Shown here: positions 14,000 through 38,960 of the stretch, in pieces | How positions within the stretch are numbered: position 1 is the first letter of the stretch | Layout: each line of letters starts with the position of its first letter | Assembly: GCA_964016885.1 (NCBI GenBank) | Contig: OZ024745.1 | Coordinates: forward strand, 114,390,001 to 114,454,000 | Length of the DNA: 64,000 nucleotides | Direction of reading: 5' to 3' | Source of the DNA: Eledone cirrhosa | Lineage: Eukaryota | Program-made: the position numbers and the translations under genes | The notes under the pieces: model-generated | Seen by the model: the letters and a program-made list of their open reading frames with translations, nothing else | The model's database searches: none | What the model was told of the DNA's origin: nothing

Positions 14000-15091
14000 C
14001 ACCCCACTTGCCGACTTTGTAATGGGTAACCCCTGCTTACAAAGGTAGACGTAAGATTTTCTTATATGTTTTCTTATATATTTTTTATCGTTTCCTCTAT
14101 ATTTCCTCCTTCCCCCATCCCTTCCTAGTCCTTCCACCCCAGTTCTCCTTCTTTGTCGTTGTTCTTTTCACCTTCTCGCCCACCCCGAGTCAGCCCTTCG
14201 GTCCTCCGTAGCATCAGTACCCCCACCCCACACCCCATTATATGATAGAATTGGCCGACTCCGCTTTTTATAGCAGATGTGCTAGACCCCAGATACTTGC
14301 TTTCTTATCTGATTGCTGCCCCATTCCCGTGATTTCTAGATTTCTTAGTGGTATCTCTGCTTTAGTTTCTCGTATATCAGTATTTATTTTTTTTATTTAT
14401 TTTTTTCTGGTGTGTGTGTGGGGGGGGGGGGGGGGGGGGGGGATTCTGAATTAATTTTTCGTATTAATTTTTTCTTATCGTACGAGCATTTATGTAGTTT
14501 GCATTAGAATTTATGTATTGTAGCGGCACCCTTATATATCGTATTAGTATTCATTTTCGGGATCTGAATTAATATTTCGTATTAGTTTCGGGACTCTGAA
14601 TTATTATTTCTTTTTAGTATTTTGACCTCCTACTTGTTGACCTGTCATTGTAAGATAGATTAGGCCGAGTACTACTAACTCATAAAATTCTTTCACTACA
14701 ATCTCGTATTTAGTATTCCGCCCCACCTATTAAACTTTTCTATAGTCTAGTGAGAGATTTGATGATTGTGGTAGGGGAATAGTAACCAGAAATTGTGTGT
14801 TTTTTATATTTTTAACATTCTTATTTTTCTATATAGATTTACTCCATATAGATCTACTTATTGTTTCGACTTCCTCCCCCCTCCCCCTCTTGACCTCTTA
14901 TCCTTAGGATTCTGCTGTAGTCGTCACTTTCAACGCACGACTGGGTTTCCTCCACTCCCTCTCCCTCTTTCTTCCACTGGCAAGTTCAGCTACCCCTTCC
15001 TTCCACAAAATGCCATGATAGAATTATGTGTCTCAACAACAAACTTTTGACCAATACTTGTGACAATCACTTTTACCATGTATGGAATATT

Positions 15092-15187
15092 ACCCCCTGA
15101 GAAGCTCGGCTATTCATTTACCAGGATAAAAATGTTCATTTAGTCCAGAATTAGCCGTCGAAACGGCTTGAGCTCAGCCGTCGGGGT
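15092..15187 (+). ncRNA. Hammerhead-like motif family C (copy 2)
   Basis: ACCCC-CUGAGAA-GCUCGGCUA...UAGCCGUC-GAAA-CGGCU UGAGCUC AGCCG-UC-GGGGU; the core deviates at G8. Confidence 0.65.
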
Positions 15188-15299
15188 CCTACTCGTTCCT
15201 ATTACCCACTCTACTACCCTAAGTATTGAGTACTTTGGTGCGTTATGGTCCATCTGGTTCCGGACCACATTTCCTTCGTTATATATATATATATATGTA

Positions 15300-15333
<34 letters not shown>

Positions 15334-15344
15334 TTGGTTTTTTA

Positions 15345-15515
15345 TATAGGCATAAGGCCAGCAATTATGGGGAGAGGAAAGTCGATTAAATCGACCCCAG
15401 TGCGTGACTGGTACTTTATTTTATCGACCCCGTAAGGATGAAAGGCAAAGTCAACCTCGGTGGGATTTGAACTCAGATCGTAAAGGGACGTAACTATGCT
15501 GGAAAGCATGGCGTC
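15345..15515 (-). mobile_element. Dominant SINE copy
   Basis: Reverse complement of the SINE body. Confidence 0.8.
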
Positions 15516-15558
15516 CGAATAATAATGACGAGGTGTTAGATCTTCATTACATTTCATT

Positions 15559-15653
15559 ACAGTTGTGACGCGCGTTTCGTGATTGATCAGCTCAAGGTTC
15601 GATCTGTATCGATCGGGCCAGACTCTGGAATCAAAAGCTCGTCAGACTTCTGT
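15559..15653 (-). ncRNA. Hammerhead ribozyme family J with canonical core
   Basis: ACAG AA GU-CUGACGA-G..UGAUU...AAUCA C-GAAA-CGCGCG-UC-AC AA CUGU; palindromic stem III; ~60-nt stem II domain. Confidence 0.75.
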
Positions 15654-16158
15654 TATATATAATCAGTTCAGTTCAAAACGATGGCATTAGGCAAATACTA
15701 GAGTTTCGTTGGACTTAATACCAACTCATTCAGCCTGTCATTTAGTAATAGAATTACTTCCAGGGAAATTCTTGATCGTATAGAAGATTTCTAAAGGCAG
15801 AGGTCGCACAATGATTAAAAGGCATCTATGTTTTCAATTTTTGTGAGGCCTTCTAAAGTAGTTTTTTTCAAGAAGGGTTCTTAAATTTTTATTTAGTTAA
15901 AGGGCCCATCAAATATAGTCCATCGCTGTTTACATTACAGTATTTAAATTAGAACTTGTTAATTGTTTTTCATGTATTTGTCTTCACTGTTATAACCTAA
16001 ATAAAGCGCAATAAGTAGTTGAAAATGTTTATTTACAATAAAATGAGAAGCTCCGTGGTCACAATATAATTGCTAGCAATCTATTATGATAATAGATAAC
16101 GATAGTGGGACAATAACAACATTAGATCTTTGGGTAAAATAGATATTTTGTTTTATCT

Positions 16159-16255
<97 letters not shown>

Positions 16256-16760
16256 ACGTCTCGTTTGGAGTCATAACATCAGTCCCATCAAATTTCATAC
16301 GGTTCTGACTCGTTGAGATGGACGGAGTCACAAGATCAGACACACGAAAGATTATGCTGTTGTGTAGGAATTTCGTCGCCTACATCTGTGGGTGATCTCG
16401 AGTAGTTCTGGTGTCACGGTCGAAGAGGCCAAATCACGTACAGAGTTACTTCACCGACTGATGAGGCATCGGCTCTTGCATTGAAGGAGGGAGTACAGCA
16501 GCACCTCAACACAGATCTGTGTTTACCAAGCATAGAATTATTTTCAAAATATATTGTGTTCCATCATAATTAATGCGTCATTAATTCTCCGAGTGTCGAA
16601 TGTGTTTAGAAAGAACCATTTCTTTATATCTAGCATTTCCAATCCTCGGTGTATTTACTTAGAAAATAAAAAGGATACATCGAATAACGTAGTCCTAGAT
16701 ATACTATGTCTGAAAATAAGAAAGGGTGGTTTCATGTAGAGCCCTTTTTCACTTTTATAG

Positions 16761-17045
16761 TGGTGGCGCATAGCCTTGTGGTATGGATGTTGGGCTTACG
16801 ATCATAATGTCGTGGGTTCGATTCCCGGGCAAGGTTGCGTGTTGTGTTCTTGAGCAAAACGCTTCAGTTCACGTTGCTCCATTATTCTCAACTGAAAATA
16901 AATGTCAGCAATAGCTGGGTGTTTAACCCTGCGATGGACTGGCGCCCTGTCCAGGGAGAGGTCTCGTACTCTCAGTCGCTTCACGCCATGAAACCGGGAT
17001 AAGCAGCGGCCTAACGAGCCTTCGGGCTTAAGACAGACTCTTTCA
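16761..17045 (+). mobile_element. tRNA-derived SINE (second family)
   Basis: TAGCCTTGTGG A-box, GGTTCGATTCC B-box, central GTGTTCTTGAGCAAAAC...CACGTTGCTCC domain shared with 43697-44035. Confidence 0.75.
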
Positions 17046-17121
17046 TCATACGTCTACCTGGACAAAGCTGACCTAGGAATATACAAGAACAACAACATTA
17101 ATAGTACATTATATATATATA

Positions 17122-17173
<52 letters not shown>

Positions 17174-17320
17174 TACATATATATATATATATACATTACA
17201 TATATATATATATATATATACATTACATATATATATATATATATACATTACATATATATATATACATTACATATATATATATATACATTACATATACATA
17301 CATACATACATACATACATT

Positions 17321-18240
17321 CAAGAAATGTGAGGGATACATCATTGGCTGACAGGAGAACAGAAATACGAACCTAACCCATAATTTCTTTGTGGACGATC
17401 TGAAACTCTATGCCAAGAACATGGATGGGATGAAGAAAAATCTTGACCTGGTTACAACGTTCTCAAAGGATATAGGAATGGAGTTTGGCCAAGATAAATG
17501 CTCATACATGACTGTAAAGCGGGGGAAAACAACAACCCAATCTAGCAACATTGTCATCAATGGCCTAACTGTTTCACCGATATCTGATGAGGACTGCTAC
17601 AGATACCTGGGGATAGATGAGAACATATCCTATAATGGTATCTGTAATACAGAACGCGTAACCAAGGAATACTACACCCGATTAAGAAAGATCTGGTCAT
17701 CGGAACTCTCTGCGCAAAACAAAACAGTGGCTCACAATGTGTTTGCTGTGCCTGTCCTAACACCAACGTTTGGAATACTCAATTGGACGATAGACGAAAT
17801 CCGAGCAGTTGATGTTGGAACTCGAAAAATACTGAACAACACCGGAAACTTCCACATCAACAGTGACATAGACCGCCTTTACTTGAAACGTAAGCAGGGA
17901 GGCAGAGGCCTAACATCAGTCCAAACAACATTTGAATGTCGCATCAGATCTCTCCGACAACATCTACGAACCTCGAAGCGTAAGAGCCCGTTTCTCGAGC
18001 AAGTCTATTTGCATGAAACAGATAAGATCATGAGAGTTGGGAAGGAACTCCTCTAGAGATATTCCCTCTGTGATAATCAAAAACTCAGACCCAGAGATGT
18101 CGCTCAGCAGTATTGCAGTGAATCCATGGATGAAAAACTGCATGCCTATCAGCAAAAAATCATGCATGGATATGTTGCCAGGAAGCTCCAGAGTGAGAGT
18201 GAGAGTAATATAGATAAGGAAAGTAGTCTATCTTGGACCC
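17321..18240 (+). pseudogene. R4/Dong-clade non-LTR retrotransposon RT/thumb fragment
   Basis: HNFFVDDLKLYA...DIGMEFGQDKC...YRYLGI...NKTVAHNVFAVPVL...DRLYLKRKQGGRGL. Confidence 0.8.
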
Positions 18241-20141
18241 ACTTTTTACACAAAAGTGTTTTTTTCTTAGCTCCCTATGCATTTTCTCATGCCATTTTGT
18301 ATATTATCAATTTATAATGTAATTTTGATTATTTCAGACTAATTTAAGCTTTGCCTAATACTTGCAAATTGGCAGAATAATGGCGGAAACCAGTGGACCT
18401 AGTTGTGATGATCGTTGTGATGATCGAGAAATATGGCTCCTGGGGCAATATGTTTATGGCATCGATTATTTCTGAGGGTGGGACTGATATAAACGCCACA
18501 ACTCTCTCCAAGAATAGTAGCAGACGTGCAGCTAAGAAGATCAGAACTGTGGGGGCTGAATACATAAAGGAACACTTTGCTGTACCAGACTTTGTTACCT
18601 TGCATTGGGATGGCAAAATAATTCCTGGTGACCACGAGAGGCTAGTTGTGCTAGTTGCTGGAACTCCGGACTTCAGAGAAGGTAAACTCCTCGGTGTTCC
18701 CATAATTCTTGATGGCACTGTACCACCCAAGCCAAAGCATCAGTTGATCTTCTTAAAGATTGGAATGTTGATGGGTCTGTGGTGGGCTTGGTCTTCCACA
18801 CAACTACTTCTAATTCTGGATGGAAAAATTGTGCCTGCGTTTTAAACTAGAAGAGATGCTCAACAAAAGGTGTTTTATTTTTCTTGTCGGCACCATGTCA
18901 TGGAGCGTATCTTGTGTGCAGTGTGGCAACAACTATTCGGAGCAATGTCCAGTCCAGACACCCCAGAGTTCAAGGAGTTCAAAAAAGATTGGGTGTCACT
19001 CACGGACAAGACCAACTTTAAAACTTTGAACATTGTCGACCGGAGACTCAAGCGTCTGTGTTCTGAGAACATCAAGTTCCTCCAAGATTTACTGACATCC
19101 GACGATGGGAAAATGAGTTCTCTTCCATGGGACGACTACCGAGAATGTGGCGAGTTGATGTTGATCTTGCTTGGTGTCACCCCTCCTCGTGGAATTCATT
19201 AGATGCTGCCTGGTGCACAAGCTAAATTGGAAAAGTTGCGCCGGATCTGTATGTTCAATGCTCTGTTCTACGTGCGATACTGGCTGACAGCAGTCAAGTG
19301 TGCTGATGCACCATCCAATGACCTTCAATTCTACGTGGAGTTGACACAGTACAGTAAAGTTGACAGAGATCTCTCGCAGGCAGCCACTACTGCTCTGAGC
19401 AGGCATCTTTGGTTCCTGACGGAGTAAGCCATTCCGCTAGCGCTGTTTTCAAGTCGGGTCCAAGAGTCCGAGAAGAAACAAATAGCCCAACGTCTTGTCA
19501 AAACGAAAACGTCTGGGCCTCTCGACCGTGGTGCTCCAGTATTTCCCGAGTAGAAGTCGTCCACGAAGCTGCCTCATCTAGTTGGGAAGAAATCAAGGCT
19601 TCTGTTCGATCTCCTTGCTCTCGACGATACTTGGCCTGAGCTGTCACCTACAACTTGGTCATCACAATATTGTTCACAATATCAAGGTCGTCAACGATCT
19701 GGCGGAGAGAGCAGTCAAGTTGATAACTGATTTTGTTGCTATCACCAAGAATGAGGAGGAGAAGCAGTGTGTTCTTCAAGTAGTCGAAGCTCATCGTCGC
19801 AAGGTTCTGGATATCAAAAGAGAAACTCCGAAAAAAACATGACTGGAGTTAACTTAACTGAACTTGTTTCTTCCTTGTACGCCTTTATATTCAATGCTGG
19901 TTTACTAAATATAATGGATTAATAAAATAAACAATTATTGTATGGTCATATTTGGTTTCACATTTTCATCATTTCATGCAACATAATCACACTTTCCACT
20001 ATAATCACCATGATATAGGAAAGACTCAAAATAATTTATTTTATACAAAATATGGTTTATTTTACCAATTGGGGCATTTATAAAGGGACAATACACAGGG
20101 AGCGTTAGTATTGTGACCTTGCTTTTTATGGCACACCCTAA
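18241..20141 (+). mobile_element. Decayed hAT-superfamily (hATm-like) DNA transposon
   Basis: Frameshifted transposase with LHWDGK, KLLGVP, CRHHVME, RHLWFLTE and KVVNDLAERAVKL; right end CACCCTAA (TTAGGGTG TIR); left TIR not seen. Confidence 0.75.
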
Positions 20142-20165
20142 TATATATATATATATGTATGTGTG

Positions 20166-20309
20166 TAAATATGAGAATAAACGTGCTGCGTGATTGCAAA
20201 TGGGTTACATATGAATAAAGTTGGACCTTCATCAGTGATCTTCCAACCATCATCGGTATTTCTTCATACCGATGATGGTTGGAAGATCACTGATGAAGGA
20301 CCAACTTTA

Positions 20310-20315
<6 letters not shown>
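20166..20315. mobile_element. Short inverted terminus pair (family H) with ~38-nt tail
   Basis: ~50-bp arms 20204-20253 and 20261-20312; CCGATGA/CTGATGA present but no intact GAAA. Confidence 0.55.
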
Positions 20316-20344
<29 letters not shown>

Positions 20345-20347
<3 letters not shown>

Positions 20348-20917
20348 CTCTTTTACTCTTTTACCTGTTCCAGCCATCCGACTGAGGCCATACTGGGGCA
20401 CCGCCTTTGTTGCTGCACATTTTATCTCCAGCCTGAATTGGTTGGCCACTGGTGTAAGAGGGAGTTCGTTGCTGCTGCCCTTAGGTTTCCCTCGAATCTT
20501 TCTGTGGGCTCCTCCGGGATCCTGGATAACAAGGTGTCGAGATGTTTCTTGAAGACATCCACCTCCACACCATGCAGATCTCTCAGATCCCTCGGCAGCT
20601 TGTTGAAGAGTTGAGGGCCCTTGAATCCCAGGTTATTGCAATATCTGCTCCTTATTCTAGATGTGGAAGACGGGACCGTTGGCACCACACAGTGACGTCC
20701 TGTTCGACGGTTGGTCCAGCTCCCAATGCCAAAGTTTGGTGCTAGTCCCTCCAGGATTTTCCACATGTAGATCACTGCGTATCTGTCCCGTCTTCGTTCC
20801 AAGGAGTAGAGGTTCAGTTCTTTTAGCCTCTCCCAGTAGTTTATCTCCTTCATCGTGGCAATCCTCTTGGTGTAGCTTCGCTGGATTGCCTCAAGCTCCG
20901 TGGTTAGTTTGACACTA
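20345..20917 (-). mobile_element. CR1-clade LINE 3' fragment
   Basis: YWERLKELNLYSLERRRDRY C-terminus, 3' UTR and GTAAAAGA tail; diverged relative of 22750-23318. Confidence 0.9.
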
Positions 20918-20977
20918 TATACATATATATATATATATACATATATATCTATCTATATATATATGTATATATATATG

Positions 20978-21040
<63 letters not shown>

Positions 21041-21045
<5 letters not shown>

Positions 21046-21360
21046 GTATAGGATTATCCAAGATGTAGTAATGGTTAATTACTACACTGGATATGGTTGA
21101 CGTACGGTAAGAGGTTACTCTACGAGTTATGGAAGAATTGTTGAAGAAACTTAGTTCCTGATCCTGCAGTATTCCGGAGTGTATATAAAGAATGAATAAT
21201 AACAGGTAGACATCATAAAAAGGTAACTTATTCCGTGTGCTTACAAGTGTTCCCACGGTGGTACTGCAGCCTAGTTATGCTACGTGCAAATTCACAAGTA
21301 CTTGCAGAACTCAAATATCCAATGCTGTGACCACTGTTTCCTCAGAGCAGTTGAAGTGGT
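21041..21360 (-). mobile_element. PLE family A terminus with tail
   Basis: Homologous to 9864-10035 and 10886-10957; starts at (TA)n. Confidence 0.8.
21238..21349 (-). ncRNA. Hammerhead family A, second copy (GAAA to GGAA)
   Basis: UGCU-CUGAGGA...GGAA-CACUUG-UA-AGCA; long stem II retained. Confidence 0.6.
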
Positions 21361-21405
21361 CACTGCTGGGTCACTGCTGGGAGAACAGTGGTCACTGCTG
21401 GGAGA

Positions 21406-23317
21406 CTTCAAAGAAACTGCCTCAGTACACTGCAAGATTGGACCACTCTTCCACACGGACGGTTCATTAACCGAAAATCCCCAAGAGATATGTGAAATAC
21501 TGAACGAACAGTACAAAAGTGTCTTCGCATGTCCACTGAGGCACATGCAAATAACGAAGCCAGAGGAGTTCTTTGATGCCACAACACTACATCAAGAAAT
21601 GGCAACCATCAACCACATAGACATAACGGAGGAGGATGTGGTGTACGCCATTGATGAAATTAGAACAGACTCGGCTGCTGGACCTGATGGATTCCCAGCA
21701 GTTCTCCTAAAAATATGTAAGCGGGCCTTAGCAACTCCACTGAAGATGCTCTTCAGAAGCTCCTTGGCTAGCGGTGTACTACCCAGGGAGCTGAAAGAAG
21801 GCACAATATGCCCTATCCATAAAGGAGGTAGTAGAGCGGAGGCCAAGAACTATAGGCCAGTCTCCCTGACGTCGCATATCAGTAAGGTCATGGAGCGAGT
21901 CATCAGAAAGAAACTAATCACTTTCCTCGAAGAAAATGACCGCCTGACTAGCACGCAACATGGCTTCCGCCCAGGAAGAAGCTGCCTTACACAGCTGCTA
22001 CATCACTACGACTGGGTGCTGAGACAACTACTAGACAGCTCACATGTAGACGTGATATATCTTGACTTTGCGAAGGCCTTTGACAAGGTCGACCACGGAA
22101 TGATATGTCACAAACTACACGGACTCGGCATAACTGGAAAAGTAGGTGAGTTGCTGCATGGCTTCCTAAGGGACAGAAGCCAGGCGGTCGCAGCAAATGG
22201 GGCCCTCTCGAGGGAAACACCGATAACAAGTGGGGTGCCTCAGGGGACAGTCCTGGGACCACTACTGTTTTTGGTGGCTCTCTCGGACATGCCTTCTGTG
22301 GTGCATGCAACAACATCCCTCACTAGCTATGCTGATGACACTAAGGTAGCACAGGCAATCAAAAACCCGGCTGACGCTGCCCTCTTACAGCAGGCTCTGG
22401 ATGCCATATACAGATGGGCGGAAGAAAACAACATGCAGTTTAATGCTGGCAAATTCCAAGCCCTACAATACGAACCTGCAAACACAAACACAAATATAGC
22501 GGAACACAGCTACACAGGACCAGGAGGGACCGATATCCCCGTGTCAAAATCGATACGAGACCTGGGCATAGACATGAGCGATGATGCATCTTTTTCTTCA
22601 CACATCATGAAGGTGGCGACAGCATGTAGACGATTCGCTGGCTGGATCTTGAGGACTTTCCTTACAAGAGATCGAGACACCATGTTGACACTGTGGAGGA
22701 CTTTTGTCCTAAGCCGCCTGGACTACTGCTCCCAGCTGTGGTCACCCCATAGTGTCAAACTAACCACGAGCTTGAGGCAATCCAGCGAAGCTACACCAAG
22801 AGGATTGCCAAGATGAGGGAGACAAGCTACTGGGAGAGGCTGAAGGAACTGAACCTCTACTCCTTGGAGCGAAGACGGGAGAGATACGCAGTGATCTACA
22901 TGTGGAAAATCCTGGAGGGACTAGCACCAAACTTTGGCATTGGGAGCTGGACCAACCGTCGAACAGGACGTCACTGTGTGGTGCCAAAGGTCCCGTCTTC
23001 CACATCTAGAATAAGGAGCAGGTATTGCAATAGCCTGGGATTCAAGGGCCCTCAACTCTTCAACAGGCTGCCGAGGCATCTGCGAGACTTGCATGACGTG
23101 GAGGTGGATGTCTTTAAGAAACATCTCGACACCTTGTTATCCAGAATCCCGGATGAGCCCACAGCAAGAAACGAGGGAAACCTAAGGGCAGCAGCAACAA
23201 ACTCCCTCCTACACCAGTGGCCAACCTATACAGGCTGGAGATAAAATGTGTAGCAACAAGGGCGGTGCCCCAGCATGGCCTCAGCCAGATGGCTGAAACA
23301 GGTAAAAGAGTAAAAGA

Positions 23318-23318
<1 letters not shown>
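21406..23318 (+). mobile_element. 5'-truncated CR1-clade LINE with reverse transcriptase ORF2 remnant
   Basis: GPDG, NYRPVSLTS, QHGFR, YLDFAKAFDKV, GVPQGTVLGP, YADD and DLGI motifs; single frameshift near 22769; GTAAAAGA tail. Confidence 0.95.
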
Positions 23319-27207
<3,889 letters not shown>

Positions 27208-27407
27208 NNNNNNNNNNNNNNNNNNNNNNNNNNNNNNNNNNNNNNNNNNNNNNNNNNNNNNNNNNNNNNNNNNNNNNNNNNNNNNNNNNNNNNNNNNNNN
27301 NNNNNNNNNNNNNNNNNNNNNNNNNNNNNNNNNNNNNNNNNNNNNNNNNNNNNNNNNNNNNNNNNNNNNNNNNNNNNNNNNNNNNNNNNNNNNNNNNNNN
27401 NNNNNNN
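27208..27407. other. Assembly gap (200 N)
   Basis: Run of n. Confidence 1.
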
Positions 27408-27838
27408 CTACATGTGGAAAATCCTGGAGGGACTAGCACCAAACTTTGGCATTGGGAGCTGGACCAACCGTCGAACAGGACGTCACTGTGTGGTGCCAAA
27501 GGTCAACGTCTTCCACATCTAGAATAAGGAGCAGGTATTGCAATAGCCTGGGATTCAAGGGCCCTCAACTCTTCAACAGGCTGCCGAGGCATCTGCGAGA
27601 CTTGCATGACGTGGAGGTGGATGTCTTTAAGAAACATCTCGACACCTTGTTATCCAGAATCCCGGATGAGCCCACAGCAAGACACGAGGGAAACCTAAGG
27701 GCAGCAGCAACAAACTCCCTCCTACACCAGTGGCCAACCTATACAGGCTGGAGATAAAATGTGTAGCAACAAGGGCGGTGCCCCAGCATGGCCTCAGCCG
27801 GATGGCTGAAACAGGTAAAAGAGTAAAAGAGTAAAAGA

Positions 27839-27839
<1 letters not shown>
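27408..27839 (+). mobile_element. CR1 3' end duplicating 22896-23318
   Basis: Near-identical, with a few substitutions/indels and one extra tail repeat. Confidence 0.9.
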
Positions 27840-35562
<7,723 letters not shown>

Positions 35563-35824
35563 GTTTTGCGAGGTTTTTTATATGAAATCGTGTGTCGAAA
35601 CAGATATTGTTATATTTGGGGAGGGTCATATTTGCGTAATATTGCCAGAATTAATAACAGAACACACTCACTGTTTGGTTGGTTTTCGCTTCTCGCTGTC
35701 TTTTATATATATATATCTGCGATCTAACTTACTCGGTCCTCAATGTTGCCATTGACTGACCGGCGGTCAAAAATAATACAGATACAATATAGACACAAAC
35801 ACATATATATAGTTTACATAATTT

Positions 35825-35864
35825 ACATAAATCTTTCGTTGCACATCTGCAACATCGTCAGTGG
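35825..35864 (-). ncRNA. Hammerhead-like motif family F2 (copy 1)
   Basis: Reverse complement of 36296-36335. Confidence 0.55.
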
Positions 35865-36295
35865 TGTTATATTCATTGTTCCTCCTGTTGTGTTGTATGT
35901 CTACGCCATTTTTTTTTTGTTCAGTCTGTCTATATATTTATTTATTTATTTGCTTGTTTGTTTATCTTATTTTATTTTGTCTTCTTTGCGCATGCGTTTG
36001 CGTGTGTGTATAGTGTGATGTGTGACTAGTGTGTATAGTGTTGTGTCTGCTGGGTGACTAGTGTGTGTTTATGTGCTTGTGTATGTATTTATTTATCTTA
36101 TTTTATTTTATTTTATTTACTTATTTATACTTCTCTTAGGTCAGTGTTGTTTGTTTGGGTGTTGTTGTTGTTCCACTCATTCTTTCTGTTTAAGCTAAAC
36201 AAACAAGCAAATAAATAAATAAATATATAGACAGACTGAACAAAAAAAAAATGGCGTAGACATACAACACAACAGGAGGAACAATGAATATAACA

Positions 36296-36335
36296 CCACT
36301 GACGATGTTGCAGATGTGCAACGAAAGATTTATGT
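36296..36335 (+). ncRNA. Hammerhead-like motif family F2 (copy 2)
   Basis: CA-CUGACGA-U GUUGCA GAUG UGCAAC-GAAA-GAUU-UA-UG; strong stem II, weak stems I and III. Confidence 0.55.
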
Positions 36336-36553
36336 AAATTATGTAAACTATATATATGTGTTTGTGTCTATATTGTATCTGTATTATTTTTGACCGCCGG
36401 TCAGTCAATGGCAACATTGAGGACCGAGTAAGTTAGATCGCAGATATATATATATAAAAGACAGCGAGAAGCGAAAACCAACCAAACAGTGAGTGTGTTC
36501 TGTTATTAATTCTGGCAATATTACGCAAATATGACCCTCCCCAAATATAACAA

Positions 36554-37822
<1,269 letters not shown>

Positions 37823-38009
37823 CAATAAACAACATAAGATAAACATAACTAAAATGCTCTCTAGCCTACATAGAGCACTCTCTTTTCCTTTACGTTTCCG
37901 ACGGAAATACTTCACTATATATATCTTCATTGTGGTCGTCATCCCAATATCTTATCTTTTTCTTCCTCCTTTTATTGTTCTGCTTCTCTTTTTATCCTGT
38001 ATTATTTGT

Positions 38010-38410
38010 TTACCAGTAATGCACTGGGTAATTGCTGGCCTTGTGCCTAAAGTAGAAACAATTATTTGTTCGGTGGATAGTTACGTCCCTTTACGATCTG
38101 AGTTCAAATCCCGCCGAGGTTGACTTTGCCTTTCATCCTTACGGGGTCGATAAAATAAAGTACCAGTAATGCACTGGGTAATTGCTGGCCTTGTGCCTAA
38201 AGTAGAAACAATTATTTGTTCGGTGGATTGGCAGTATCGGTAGAGGGTCGGACGCCATGCTTTGCAGCACAGTTACGTCCCTTTACGGACTGAGTTCAAA
38301 TGCCGCCCAGGTTAATTTTGCCTTTCATCCTGATGGGGTCGAAAAAGTAAAGTACCAGTAATACACTGGGATAATTGTTGGCCTTGTGCCAAAAATAGAA
38401 ATAATTATTT
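38010..38410 (+). mobile_element. Tandem dominant-SINE copies
   Basis: Repeated SINE 3' end, each followed by TTGTTC. Confidence 0.85.
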
Positions 38411-38729
38411 GTTCTTTTCTCTTCCACTACCTCCACCTCTCTCCTACACCACCCTCTTATTCTTCTACGTCTGGCTTTCTTTATCTTCTTCCAATGTCCT
38501 CTTATTCTTTTTATATCTCTTTCTCGTATTTCGACTTTTCTCCTCAATTTTCTCTTTCTTTCTTCGTTTAAATGGTTTTCAACTTTTTTTCAGATTACTG
38601 TCTTCTTTCCTTTTTCCCACACTAGCCGTTTCCCTCTTTCTTTTCTTCTTTACATTCTCTGTTATTCTCCTCCTCATTCTCCTCCTCTCCCTCCTCCTAT
38701 TCTCATTCTATTACTCTCTACCTCCCCAT

Positions 38730-38960
38730 CCCACCGCGCCCTCTAGTGCACAGTTGACTACGTCAGTCAAGGAAACATATCTTCAATGCATAGGCTTATT
38801 AAACAAATGTTTTGCTGACTGCTTGTTGCTCAATATGTGTAAATAGACGTTACCCCTAGCAACAAACAGTTAGTTTGTCATTATGCAAGATACTGCTTTT
38901 GATATAATCAAAAGAGCTAGCGTCGAATATAGGTTAGTGTTGACGTCGACTGACGTCAAG
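38730..38960. promoter_or_regulatory. Candidate cis-regulatory cluster (CTCF-like, RFX X-box, CRE)
   Basis: GCGCCCTCTAGTG at 38736; GTTACC-CCT-AGCAAC at 38849-38863; TGACGTCG and TGACGTCA at 38941-38958. Confidence 0.4.

Larger units (their letters stand above)
12800..15280 (+). mobile_element. PLE family C: inverted ~750-bp terminus, 5'-truncated GIY-YIG body, sense terminus and tail
   Basis: 12800-13556 is a near-identical reverse complement of ~14435-15202; (TA)n on both flanks. Confidence 0.9.
35563..36553. mobile_element. Inverted PLE terminus pair, family F2 (~360-bp arms)
   Basis: 35604-35968 mirrors 36191-36553; terminus ATATTGTTATA..TGGG(G)AGGGTCAT shared with family F. Confidence 0.85.

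Noticed and set aside
16761-16830. tRNA gene
   Set aside because: A/B boxes belong to a SINE head; no complete cloverleaf seen.
21284-21405. N-terminus of the 510-aa ORF as a real protein start
   Set aside because: It is the antisense of a PLE terminus plus junction stutter.
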